Of a DNA stretch of 45,728 nucleotides, positions 8,162-16,976 are shown one piece after another; within the stretch, counting starts at the first letter, position 1; every line of letters starts with the position of its first letter. The notes below the pieces were generated by a model. It saw only the letters and a list, made by a program, of their open reading frames with translations. It searched no databases and was not told where the DNA came from. The DNA is taken from NCBI GenBank assembly GCA_017390195.1, contig JAFPCR010000015.1, positions 1-45,728 on the forward strand. The letters run 5' to 3'. This DNA comes from Clostridia bacterium. GTDB lineage: Bacteria > Bacillota > Clostridia > Oscillospirales > CAG-272. The translations under genes and the position numbers were made by a program.

Positions 8162-10669
8162 ATGTTTGAAGATAAAAAATATAGTGTTGGAATATATACT
8201 CTCGGGTGCAAGGTCAATCAATATGAGTCCGAAGCGATCGCCGAAGAATTTGAGGCAAGAGGCTTTACAGTTTTAAATGCCGCTGAAGTGTGCGATGTAT
8301 ACGTAATAAATACCTGCACCGTCACGTCGGAGTCAGACCGAAAGGCAAGGCAGTTCATTCGCCGTGCGGTCAAAGAAAATCCCCAAGCACATATTCTCGT
8401 TACGGGTTGTTTTGCTCAAACGCAACCCGAAAACATAGCCGCAATTGACGGCGTAGATTACATATGCGGAAATACAGATAAGATCTCGGTCGTTTCAGCC
8501 GCTGAGACGCTGATAGCATCACATAAAAAAGAAGATACAGTTAAGATTTGTGTGTCTGACATTGAAAATGCCGAATTCGAACAAATGAAAATAACCAAGT
8601 TCGACAGAACACGTGCCTATGTAAAAATAGAGGACGGGTGTGAAAACAAATGCACGTATTGCATTATCCCGAGTGCAAGAGGACGGGTGCGTTCAAAGTC
8701 TCCCGATGATGTGATAGCGGAAGTGACAGGCCTTGTTTCGAACGGATGCCGTGAGGTCGTTTTGACGGGGATAGAAACTGCATCTTACGGCCGAGACCTT
8801 GACGGAACAGATCTGGCGGATCTGCTCTGCTCTGTTGATAAGATCGAAGGAATAGAGCGAGTCCGTCTCGGGTCTCTTGATCCGTCGCTTATTAAGCAGG
8901 ATTTTGTTGACCGTATATGCAAGCTAAAGTCGCTTACACCTCATTTTCACCTTTCACTGCAAAGCGGCAGCAACCGTATCCTTGCCGCAATGAAACGCAA
9001 ATACAACCGTGAGATGGCTCTTACCGCCATCGAAAGACTCAGAGCCGCTATGCCCGATGTTCAGTTTACAACAGACATTATCGTGGGTTTTCCCGGCGAA
9101 ACGGAGGAAGACTTTGCTGATACCGTTGACTTCGCAAAAAGAGCAAGATTTATAAACATACACGTTTTTACATATTCAAAGCGTGAAGGAACCTTGGCGG
9201 CGGTTATGGAGGATCAGATACCCGAAGACGTAAAGCACCGCCGTTCTGTAGAACTGAGTGAATGTGAGCGTCATATACGTGCAGAGATACTCAACGGGTT
9301 TGTCGATCAAAAGTTTGAGGTACTGTTTGAGAGTTATGAGGACGGTTTTGCATACGGACATACCGCATCGTTTGTTGAGGTTAAAGTAAGGAGCGACAAG
9401 TCACTTCATTCTCAGATACACACGGTAAGGATACTGTCGGCAGACGATAAGATGTGCGAGGGCATGATCGTACCTAAGACCAAAAGACACAGATCGTACG
9501 ACGGATTTACCTCTATGTCTTCGGACTCTCTTGGCGTAATGAAAAATGAGTTGGGACTTGCTGTATCGGTATCCACGATGAGATATTGGCAACAGATATA
9601 TTTGTCATATGTAAAGCGTGAGCCTTGTCTTGATGAGATATATTTGCTTGACCGTTTGTTTTTTATCTGCGGTTCACGCCCTGAATGTATCTCCGTATCG
9701 TCATTCAATTCGGAATCTTCTGAATTGTGTTCTTTGTTTGACGACTTGATGTCAAAGCACAAACAAATGTATTCATATATAAAAGCTCCCTGCTCGCTTT
9801 CCGATGCCGCAAATACGGTGAAAAGGTATTTGACCGAATATACCGGATTCTTAAAAAGTGACGGCATAGATAGTTGGAGCAAAAAAACAGGAAAGCTCGG
9901 CAACGGAGACATACTCATTCTCATATCTCCAAATGTTGACGGTGATAACGAAAGCTCCCAAAGTATCATTTCGGAATTTATGTCAAGGCATGCTAAAAAC
10001 ATAGGCTTTGCTCGAAAAGTAGGATATGCCGGTGTGATCGGAACGCTCGCAGAATTCAATATAGGAGCGGCGATCGATCTGTCCTCACTTGCAGGTCCTG
10101 ATGAAAAAGAGCGTATGTATATACAGTCTGAGCTGTTGTGCGACAGTGAGTTTACAAAAAACAAAATTTTGATCTCGGTCAACGGAAAGCATATAGCTGA
10201 AGCAGAACACGACCTGAACACTAAAGGAATCAAGTTCAAAAGGTGCGGTTCAATTAACTCTCTGAACGCTGTTTTTGCACGTTGCCAAAACGCTAAGTCC
10301 GTAACCAATATTCAAATCCCCTTGATCGCAGTACAAAAAGCAATGAGCAAAATACCGCTGGATTTTGATATTCCCTGTTGTGACGAAAGTGGTTTGATAA
10401 ATGTCCCGAATATCGATCCTGACGGAACGGTCGTATGCTCATTAGGTCGAGCGGCGTACAAGGAAGCCGAAAACGCACTTTCCTTTGCCCAAAGCACAAA
10501 AAAAGAAATAATCAGGATAGAGTACCACACCAGAGATCGAAACACCGCTCTTGCGGCAATACTCGGTGCGTATAAGGTACAGGCAGGATACAACCTCGTT
10601 CCCCGCTCCTCTGAGATCATATGTGATACGGCGTTTGGGGCGGATAAGATCGATATCTACACAAAATAA
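8162..10669 (+). CDS. mtaB: tRNA (N6-threonylcarbamoyladenosine(37))-methylthiotransferase MtaB fused to a 398-aa degenerate PurL/AIR-synthase-like C-terminal extension
   Basis: Residues from the ATG at 8162 (MFEDKKYSVGIYTLGCKVNQYES) form a complete MtaB of about 437 aa. It has the UPF0004 cysteines, the radical-SAM motif CENKCTYCIIP and a TRAM domain ending ..KMCEGMIV at 9472. The frame then continues without a stop to 10669 (see findings). Confidence 0.85.
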   Translation: MFEDKKYSVGIYTLGCKVNQYESEAIAEEFEARGFTVLNAAEVCDVYVINTCTVTSESDRKARQFIRRAVKENPQAHILVTGCFAQTQPENIAAIDGVDYICGNTDKISVVSAAETLIASHKKEDTVKICVSDIENAEFEQMKITKFDRTRAYVKIEDGCENKCTYCIIPSARGRVRSKSPDDVIAEVTGLVSNGCREVVLTGIETASYGRDLDGTDLADLLCSVDKIEGIERVRLGSLDPSLIKQDFVDRICKLKSLTPHFHLSLQSGSNRILAAMKRKYNREMALTAIERLRAAMPDVQFTTDIIVGFPGETEEDFADTVDFAKRARFINIHVFTYSKREGTLAAVMEDQIPEDVKHRRSVELSECERHIRAEILNGFVDQKFEVLFESYEDGFAYGHTASFVEVKVRSDKSLHSQIHTVRILSADDKMCEGMIVPKTKRHRSYDGFTSMSSDSLGVMKNELGLAVSVSTMRYWQQIYLSYVKREPCLDEIYLLDRLFFICGSRPECISVSSFNSESSELCSLFDDLMSKHKQMYSYIKAPCSLSDAANTVKRYLTEYTGFLKSDGIDSWSKKTGKLGNGDILILISPNVDGDNESSQSIISEFMSRHAKNIGFARKVGYAGVIGTLAEFNIGAAIDLSSLAGPDEKERMYIQSELLCDSEFTKNKILISVNGKHIAEAEHDLNTKGIKFKRCGSINSLNAVFARCQNAKSVTNIQIPLIAVQKAMSKIPLDFDIPCCDESGLINVPNIDPDGTVVCSLGRAAYKEAENALSFAQSTKKEIIRIEYHTRDRNTALAAILGAYKVQAGYNLVPRSSEIICDTAFGADKIDIYTK

Positions 10670-10699
10670 AAAAGAAAAAGAAAAAATTCAAAAAAACTA

Positions 10700-10728
10700 T
10701 TGCATTTCTTTTTGTGTTATGGTATAAT
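10700..10728 (+). promoter_or_regulatory. Candidate sigma-A promoter for rpmB
   Basis: TTGCAT (10700..10705), a 17-nt spacer, then TGg-TATAAT (-10 at 10723..10728). Confidence 0.55.
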
Positions 10729-10795
10729 AACCAACGTTATGTAAATAAATTACCAATTATAGATGCAGTAACTGTGCATTGAGGAGGTGTCAAGG

Positions 10796-10975
10796 ATGGC
10801 AAAATGCAGTATTTGCGGAAAGGGCGTTGTTTTCGGACAGAATGTTTCCCATTCGCACAGAAAAACCAACAGAACTTGGAAGCCTAATATTCGCAAGGTA
10901 AAGATGGAAGTAAACGGAACAGCTAAAACTGTTGCGGTTTGCTCTCGTTGCTTACGCACACTCAAAAAGGCGTAA
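10796..10975 (+). CDS. rpmB: 50S ribosomal protein L28
   Basis: MAKCSICGKGVVFGQNVSHSHRKTNRTWKPNI... is a typical L28 sequence. GAGGAGG lies 8 nt upstream of the ATG at 10796. The ORF-track start at 10787 is a GTG inside the RBS. Confidence 0.95.
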   Translation: MAKCSICGKGVVFGQNVSHSHRKTNRTWKPNIRKVKMEVNGTAKTVAVCSRCLRTLKKA

Positions 10976-10997
10976 GTTAAAATTTGATAAAGATCTT

Positions 10998-11028
10998 GGC
11001 AGACCTTGTGTCTGCCGTCTTTATTTTT
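10998..11028 (+). terminator. Rho-independent terminator of rpmB
   Basis: GGCAGAC-cttgt-GTCTGCC followed by gtctttattttt. Confidence 0.7.
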
Positions 11029-11043
11029 GTGAGGTTTTGTTTT

Positions 11044-11754
11044 ATGCTCGCTGTTTTAGATATCAGAACACCCTATCCTGCACAGAAAAAACTTGAATCG
11101 CTTGGCATTGAGGTGATCCTTTTGCCACCATTTTCACTTCTTGCAGAACAGGTCGCATCACACCCCGATATGTTGCTGTTCCCTTTTGGAGACAAAATAA
11201 TATGCCACAGTAAATATTATAACGAGGCAAGATCCGAGATAGATAAGATCGCAAAAGATAAAGAACTTATTTTGTCCGACGAATATGTCTCACCCGTATA
11301 TCCGCATGATGTGCTTTTTAATGCCGCTGTTTTGGGAGACAGATATTTGATATGCAACAAAAAAAGAGTATCTTCAAAAATACTCGATGCGGCTTCAGAA
11401 TATGATCTGTCAGTCATTCACGTAAATCAGGGATATTCGAAATGCTCCTCCTGTATCGTATCGGATAACGCATTGATCACTTCCGACAAGACTATATTCG
11501 ATTCGGCAAAGAAATTGGGAGCTGACACGCTCTTTGTCGAAAATAAAAACATATCGCTCCCCGGATATGACTGCGGATTTATCGGCGGTTGCAGCGGTCT
11601 GTGTGAATATACCAACGAGATATTTTTTTGCGGTGACGTCGGATCGCACCCGAACGGAGATGAGATTATCTCGTTTTGCAAAAATCACGGTAAAACTCCC
11701 GTGATGCTTACACAGGAACGTCTTTTCGATATTGGGAGCATATTTTTTATATAA
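11044..11754 (+). CDS. Conserved uncharacterised protein, possibly DUF6873 / guanidino-group-modifying-enzyme-like fold
   Basis: 236 aa from the ATG at 11044. The upstream part of the ORF-track ORF overlaps the rpmB terminator. Features include HPDM near the N-terminus and FIGGCSG near the C-terminus, a candidate His/Cys pair. The family assignment comes from memory of sequence patterns and not from a search. Confidence 0.45.
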   Translation: MLAVLDIRTPYPAQKKLESLGIEVILLPPFSLLAEQVASHPDMLLFPFGDKIICHSKYYNEARSEIDKIAKDKELILSDEYVSPVYPHDVLFNAAVLGDRYLICNKKRVSSKILDAASEYDLSVIHVNQGYSKCSSCIVSDNALITSDKTIFDSAKKLGADTLFVENKNISLPGYDCGFIGGCSGLCEYTNEIFFCGDVGSHPNGDEIISFCKNHGKTPVMLTQERLFDIGSIFFI

Positions 11755-11763
11755 CAAAACAGA

Positions 11764-11808
11764 CAAAACAGGTCATTGCCCAAAAGACGGCAATGACCTG
11801 TTTTTTGT
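11764..11808. terminator. Bidirectional terminator between the DUF6873-like gene and glgD
   Basis: 13-bp perfect stem ACAGGTCATTGCC / GGCAATGACCTGT (11768..11801) with an A-run on the left and a T-run on the right. Confidence 0.75.
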
Positions 11809-11815
11809 TGTAGAA

Positions 11816-12943
11816 TCAGAGTTTTCTTCCCTCTTCTACCATAATGGGAAGTGTCGGAATTCCAAGCAGTGATACATTTTCGCCTATCATCACGTTTTTG
11901 TCTGTGATGACCGATGAAAGGCACGTGTTGCATCCTATATATGTATCAGAGAAGATTATACTGTTCTTTACGCTACTTCCGCTCGCTATATGCACACCCG
12001 GAAAAATTATGGAATTTTCAACGTTTCCGGCGATATAGCACCCGTCTGCAATAAGTGAATTATGAACACTTGCGGTCTTTGTATACCGAGTAGGTGCAGA
12101 ATTTGTTACCTTTGTCATAACAGAGAAGTTACTGCGTTCGAACAGAGAAAAATAAAGATCTTTGTCTTCTACGATCGCCATTCCGGCATTGTAATAATCA
12201 ATAAGTGACGATACACCTATGAATGTTTCAGCAAATCTGTATGTTCCTATCTTATCCTTATGCTCTGTCCTTCCTCTCAACAGCATTTCATGCGAGAAAG
12301 AGGAGTATCCTCTCATCATGGCATCATTTATCATGCTTATAAGATGTTCACGGGTAGCAACGTATATATTAAGATTGACGCTGTCGGAATCGGTCTTGCC
12401 TACGTTCTTTGCAATCCCGGTAATAAATCCGAATTCGTCAGTCTCGACTATTGAGTTGTCTGCCGAATCTGTGGCTCTTCCTATTCCGAGCGTAATATCC
12501 GCACCGCTCTTTATATGTGATCTGACTATATCGGTCAGATCGGTGCTGAATATCCTGTTACAGTCACAGAGAACTATGTATTCATTCTTTATTTTTGATA
12601 TTGAGTAGCTTATGCTTTTAAGCGATTCGAGTCTTGAGACATACTGCTCCGAGTCAGATGTTGCATATGCAGTTATATAGGGAGAAAGCATTTTTATTCC
12701 GCCGTTATGCCTTGCCAGATCCCAATCCTTTCCCGAACCTATATGCTCGACAAGCGAGTTATAATTGTGATGTGAAATAACGTATATATCGTCAATACCC
12801 GAATTTACCATTGATGAGAGCGGGAAATCAATAAGTCTGTATCTTCCGCCGAACGGTATTGCACCTGTAGTCCTCTTTTTTGTAAGTTCATGGATGTTTC
12901 TGTCGTGAAGATTTGAAAAAATAATTCCTGAAACTCCGGTCAT
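11816..12943 (-). CDS. glgD: Glucose-1-phosphate adenylyltransferase, regulatory subunit GlgD
   Basis: 375-aa GlgC paralogue that lacks the GGxGxRL loop (its N-terminus is [15 protein letters not shown]). It has a left-handed beta-helix C-terminus. Its start overlaps the glgC stop by 4 nt. Confidence 0.85.
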   Translation of the reverse strand: MTGVSGIIFSNLHDRNIHELTKKRTTGAIPFGGRYRLIDFPLSSMVNSGIDDIYVISHHNYNSLVEHIGSGKDWDLARHNGGIKMLSPYITAYATSDSEQYVSRLESLKSISYSISKIKNEYIVLCDCNRIFSTDLTDIVRSHIKSGADITLGIGRATDSADNSIVETDEFGFITGIAKNVGKTDSDSVNLNIYVATREHLISMINDAMMRGYSSFSHEMLLRGRTEHKDKIGTYRFAETFIGVSSLIDYYNAGMAIVEDKDLYFSLFERSNFSVMTKVTNSAPTRYTKTASVHNSLIADGCYIAGNVENSIIFPGVHIASGSSVKNSIIFSDTYIGCNTCLSSVITDKNVMIGENVSLLGIPTLPIMVEEGRKL

Positions 12944-14136
12944 ATGCCGTTACCTCCTGTTCCCGTGACAGTAAAATTGTCCTTTATTATTTTCCTGTCT
13001 CCTATAACGGTAAGCTCGTTTGCAATTCCCGCCTGGCGTCCTATCTGAGCCTTTTTACCTATTACGCTGTCACTTCCGACGATCGCATTTGTAACTATCG
13101 CTCCGTCGCCTATAAAAGCGTTAAAAAGTATTACAGAGTCTCTTACACAGGCGTTTTCAGAAACGGTTGCTCCGCTGAAGATCACAGAATTTTCGACCTG
13201 TCCGTATATATGACAGCCCTCCGTAATGACTGAGTTGCGTATTGATGAGTCCTTACCTATTACCTGCGGAGGCAGAGCTTCATTTCTTGATAGTATCTTA
13301 GGCATATCTAAAGAAAACAGGTCAAAATCGGGATCTTCACCAAGTAATTCCATGTTTGCCGACCAAAAGCTTTCGGGAGTTCCAACGTCTTTCCAATATC
13401 CTTCGAACTTGTATGCGATCATCTTACAGCCGTCGGAAAGCATTTTCGGAATGATATTCTTTCCGAAGTCCTTTGATGATTCGGGATCGTTTTCGTCAGA
13501 CACGATATATCTCAGCAATGCCTCTGTTCTAAAAACATATACGCCCATTGAGGCAAGTGTAGACTTAGGCTCTTTTGGCTTTTCGGCAAATTCGGTTATT
13601 TCGTCGCTTTCATTGACAGACATTATTCCGAATCTGCTCGCCTCGGAAAGCGGAACATCTATAACGGCTATCGTACAGTCGGCGTTCTGCTCCTTATGGC
13701 GTGTTATCATCTCCGAGTAATCCATTCTGTAGATATGATCTCCCGACAGGATCATAACGTTATCGGGTGAATATCTGTTTATAAAGTTTATGTTTTTGTA
13801 TATGGCGTTGGCTGTTCCCGTGTACCATTCTATACCCTTGCCCGACTGATACGGTGGAAGTATAGTTACGCCACCTCGGTATCTGTCAAGATCCCACGGC
13901 TGACCGTTACCGATATACTCGTTAAGCTCGAGTGGCTGATATTGGGTGAGTACACCTACGGTGTCTATTCCCGAATTAACGCAGTTTGAAAGAGTGAAGT
14001 CGATAATTCTGTACTTCGCTCCGAAAGGAAGTGCAGGTTTGGCTGTGTTCTGAGTAAGCTCCCCGAGGCGGCTTCCCTGTCCGCCAGCCAAAAGCATGGC
14101 AATAATACTTTTTTTAAAGGTTTTAATATGTATCAT
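12940..14136 (-). CDS. glgC: Glucose-1-phosphate adenylyltransferase GlgC
   Basis: Motifs [20 protein letters not shown] and an LbH C-terminal domain. The start codon is uncertain because the SD abuts the ATG at 14136 (see findings). Confidence 0.9.
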   Translation of the reverse strand: MIHIKTFKKSIIAMLLAGGQGSRLGELTQNTAKPALPFGAKYRIIDFTLSNCVNSGIDTVGVLTQYQPLELNEYIGNGQPWDLDRYRGGVTILPPYQSGKGIEWYTGTANAIYKNINFINRYSPDNVMILSGDHIYRMDYSEMITRHKEQNADCTIAVIDVPLSEASRFGIMSVNESDEITEFAEKPKEPKSTLASMGVYVFRTEALLRYIVSDENDPESSKDFGKNIIPKMLSDGCKMIAYKFEGYWKDVGTPESFWSANMELLGEDPDFDLFSLDMPKILSRNEALPPQVIGKDSSIRNSVITEGCHIYGQVENSVIFSGATVSENACVRDSVILFNAFIGDGAIVTNAIVGSDSVIGKKAQIGRQAGIANELTVIGDRKIIKDNFTVTGTGGNGI

Positions 14137-14225
14137 CTCCTCTTGTAATGATCTATTTCAATAAGTATCCTTTTACTTTCCGATATGTATAGGTGGTTCT
14201 GCCATTGGCTTTGTCCCACTCGGCT

Positions 14226-14231
14226 ATTATA
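14226..14231 (-). promoter_or_regulatory. Candidate -10 box (TATAAT) of a glgCD promoter
   Basis: Perfect TATAAT on the minus strand, about 90 nt upstream of glgC. The -35 (TGGACT with an 18-nt spacer) is only weak. Confidence 0.3.
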
Positions 14232-14284
14232 GTAAACATTGTATGTTATAGTCCATCGAATTATGTCTTATAGTAAAAAATAAG

Positions 14285-14320
14285 CAAAAAAATATGCCGA
14301 GTCATTTTGACTCAGCATAT
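14285..14320 (-). terminator. Rho-independent terminator of the yebC-family gene
   Basis: On the minus strand, ATATGCTGAGTCA-aaa-TGACTCGGCATAT is followed by TTTTTTT. Confidence 0.7.
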
Positions 14321-14344
14321 TTTTACTTGATATCAGATTTTAAA

Positions 14345-15070
14345 TTAGTTTTCCCAGTTGTGGTAGACGTTCATTACATCGTCGTCTTCCTCGAGCTTTT
14401 CGATAAGCAGTTCCATAAACTTGATATCATCCTCGTTATCGAGCTTGACATATGTCGAAGGAACCTTTTCTTTATCTGCCGACTCAACGGTATATTTCTG
14501 TGCCTTGAGTTCATCTGCTATCGCATACACATCATCGGGTTCGGTGTATATCTCAAAAACTCTACCGTCGGCGATGAAATCGGCTGCACCTGCTTCAAGG
14601 GCTACCTCCATAAGCTTATCCTCATCAACCTCCTCGTCCTCGTCGGTGACAATGATCACGCCCTTTTCTTCAAACATATATCCGACGCATCCGGTGTTTC
14701 CGAGGTTTCCGTGATATTTTGAGAAGTAAGAACGAACATTTCCGGCAGTACGGTTTCTGTTATCGGTAGTAGTTTCAACTATAACCGCAATACCTGCAGG
14801 TCCGTATCCCTCATATGTGATCTCCTCAAAGGATTCTCCTGTTGCCCCTGCCGCCTTTTTGATAGTACGTTCGATGTTCTCGTTGGGAACGTTGTTTGCC
14901 TTCGCTTTTTGGATAAGGTCACGAAGCTTGGAGTTTGACGCAGGGTCTGAACCACCCTCTTTTACCGCAACCGCAAGCTCCTTACCTATTTTGGTAAACA
15001 CCTTTGCCTTTTGAGCGTCTGTTTTCTCCTTCTTGTGCTTTATGTTAGCCCATTTGCTATGTCCTGACAT
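14345..15070 (-). CDS. YebC/PmpR-family DNA-binding transcriptional regulator
   Basis: MSGHSKWANIKHKKEKTDAQKAK... is the hallmark N-terminus of this family. Length 241 aa. Confidence 0.9.
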   Translation of the reverse strand: MSGHSKWANIKHKKEKTDAQKAKVFTKIGKELAVAVKEGGSDPASNSKLRDLIQKAKANNVPNENIERTIKKAAGATGESFEEITYEGYGPAGIAVIVETTTDNRNRTAGNVRSYFSKYHGNLGNTGCVGYMFEEKGVIIVTDEDEEVDEDKLMEVALEAGAADFIADGRVFEIYTEPDDVYAIADELKAQKYTVESADKEKVPSTYVKLDNEDDIKFMELLIEKLEEDDDVMNVYHNWEN

Positions 15071-15108
15071 ACTGAAATACCTCTTTATATTACTTAATTT
15101 ATTTTAAT

Positions 15109-16845
15109 TTATATTTTGTCTGCTTTTCTCATGCAGATGAGTTCAAATGCCTCTCCGAGAACGGTTTTTGTTGCGAGTGTGAGCTTAAGCCTCGTTGCAA
15201 CGACATCGGGATCGGGAGACGTTAATATCGCACATTCGTGATAGAAACGGTTGAAATCGGTCGCAATGTCAAGTATGAATCTCGTTATTATCGAGGGTTC
15301 ATACTCTGCGATCGCACTTCTTACCTTTTCTTCAAAACGGCAAAGCGTCTTTGCAAGCCTTGCCTCCTCGGGAGCGGTAAATTTAAGTTCTCCGTCAGTG
15401 CTTGTGTTACCTGCTTTTTCGAGCACCGAGCAGGTTCTTGCATAGGTGTACTGAACATAGGGACCCGTATTTCCGTCAAAGCTGAGAGCGTCCTCTAACA
15501 TGAAGTTGATATCCTTCATTCTGTTATTTGACAGATAGTAGAATATTATCGCACCTACGCCGACGATCTCGGCGGTCTCGTCTTTGTTGGGCATATTGGG
15601 GTTTTTCTCGTCCATGATCGCTCTGACCTTTTCTATTGCCATAGCGAACAGGTCTTTGAGAAGCACGACATTTCCTGTTCTTGTCGCAAGCTTCGCTCCG
15701 TTGATGCTTACCGTACCGTACGGAACGTGAACTAACTTATCGAACCAATCATATCCCATAAGCTCAACTACCTTGAACCACTGTGCAAAATGCAGACTCT
15801 GACCTGCACTTGTAACGTAGATACACTTGTCAAAGTCATAGGTTTCCTTGCGGTATACTGCGGCGGCAATGTCCCTTGTCGGATAGAGGGTCGAGCCATC
15901 ACGCTTGAGTATAAGGCAGGGTGGCATACCGTACTGTGAAAGGTCAACGATCGATGCTCCGTCGTCGATCTTCATAAGTCCGCTTTGACGGAGCTTTTCG
16001 ACCTGTGCGGGCATCTTATCGGTATAAAAGCTCTCGCCTGCATAACTGTCAAAGGTTATGCCGAGTTGGCTGTATGTTTTCTGATATTCGGCAAGGCTTA
16101 TCTCAACAAACCATTTCCACAGAGCGATATTCTCCTCGTCGTTGAGTTCGAGCTTGTGGAATTCCTCACGTGACATATCGGCAAGATTTGAGTGCTTGGA
16201 GTCACTTGCCTCTTCCTCAGCCTTGATCTCATTGTTGATACGGACATAAAGCTCGACCAGCTTGTCGATCCCGCCCTCTTCTATCTCGGTCTTATTTCCC
16301 CATTTCTTGTAGGCAACTATCATTTTTCCGAACTGAGTTCCCCAGTCACCGAGGTAATTTATTCCGACGCACTTGTATCCTGCAAACTCGTGTAGCTTCT
16401 TTATGGAGTGACCGATGACCGTCGTTCCGAGGTGTCCTATATGGAAGGGCTTTGCGACGTTTGGAGAGGAATAGTCGAGTACTACCGTTTTTCCGTGTCC
16501 TATGTCGGGAGCTCCGTATCTGTCGCCCTTTTCGAGGATCTCACCTATGACATTCTCGCAAAGGTATTTGTCGCTGATATAAATATTAAGATATCCGTTT
16601 ACCGCCTCTGCTCTGTCTATTACGGCATCGTTGAGCGTAGGAGCAAGCTCGGCTGCTATCTGGACGGGTGAGCGGCGTAACATCTTGCTCAATTTAAAGC
16701 AAGGAAACGCAAGGTCTCCCATGTCAGCATTAGGAGGATATTCGAGCAACGCCTCTATTTCCGACACCTCTGTTTCGGCATTCGGGTTTGCATTTTTGAT
16801 CGTTGTAAATATGTTTTGTGCGATTCTTCTTTTTATTTTAAGCAT
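15109..16845 (-). CDS. argS: Arginine--tRNA ligase
   Basis: Class I HIGH motif (PFHIGHLG) and an anticodon-binding C-terminus ending ..CMRKADKI. I placed the start at the ATG at 16845 (MLKIKRRI), which has GGAG 6 nt upstream. Confidence 0.9.
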   Translation of the reverse strand: MLKIKRRIAQNIFTTIKNANPNAETEVSEIEALLEYPPNADMGDLAFPCFKLSKMLRRSPVQIAAELAPTLNDAVIDRAEAVNGYLNIYISDKYLCENVIGEILEKGDRYGAPDIGHGKTVVLDYSSPNVAKPFHIGHLGTTVIGHSIKKLHEFAGYKCVGINYLGDWGTQFGKMIVAYKKWGNKTEIEEGGIDKLVELYVRINNEIKAEEEASDSKHSNLADMSREEFHKLELNDEENIALWKWFVEISLAEYQKTYSQLGITFDSYAGESFYTDKMPAQVEKLRQSGLMKIDDGASIVDLSQYGMPPCLILKRDGSTLYPTRDIAAAVYRKETYDFDKCIYVTSAGQSLHFAQWFKVVELMGYDWFDKLVHVPYGTVSINGAKLATRTGNVVLLKDLFAMAIEKVRAIMDEKNPNMPNKDETAEIVGVGAIIFYYLSNNRMKDINFMLEDALSFDGNTGPYVQYTYARTCSVLEKAGNTSTDGELKFTAPEEARLAKTLCRFEEKVRSAIAEYEPSIITRFILDIATDFNRFYHECAILTSPDPDVVATRLKLTLATKTVLGEAFELICMRKADKI

Positions 16846-16925
16846 ATCTAACTCCATACCGCATTTGCGGCTCAAATAATACTGAATTTCGGATCGTTTT
16901 GTTTAGAAACAAAAACACTTTTGCC

Positions 16926-16954
16926 ATTATACTACAAAGGAAAGCTTTTTTCAA
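16926..16954 (-). promoter_or_regulatory. Candidate sigma-A promoter for argS
   Basis: On the minus strand: TTGAAA (16954..16949), a 17-nt spacer, then TATAAT (16931..16926). The leader is about 75 nt. Confidence 0.6.
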
Positions 16955-16976
16955 GTATCTTTGCAGATTTAAGGCA

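Noticed and set aside
9412-10308. 298-aa antisense ORF inside the mtaB extension. Other long antisense or shadow ORFs in the track include 28450..29211 (+), 40836..41411 (+), 44964..45539 (+), 13226..13720 (+), 2495..2962 (+) and 33..293 (+).
   Set aside because: Each lies wholly inside a gene on the other strand that has strong family motifs. Their translations are Ser/Leu/Cys/Phe-rich nonsense typical of antisense frames, and no RBS or promoter is evident.
16846-16976. Possible T-box riboswitch upstream of argS, as is common for Firmicute aminoacyl-tRNA synthetase genes.
   Set aside because: The predicted leader is only about 75 nt after a consensus promoter, whereas T-boxes need about 200 nt or more. 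I see no T-box consensus (AAxxGGGUGGUACCGCG-like) or terminator/antiterminator pair, only one small AT-rich hairpin.
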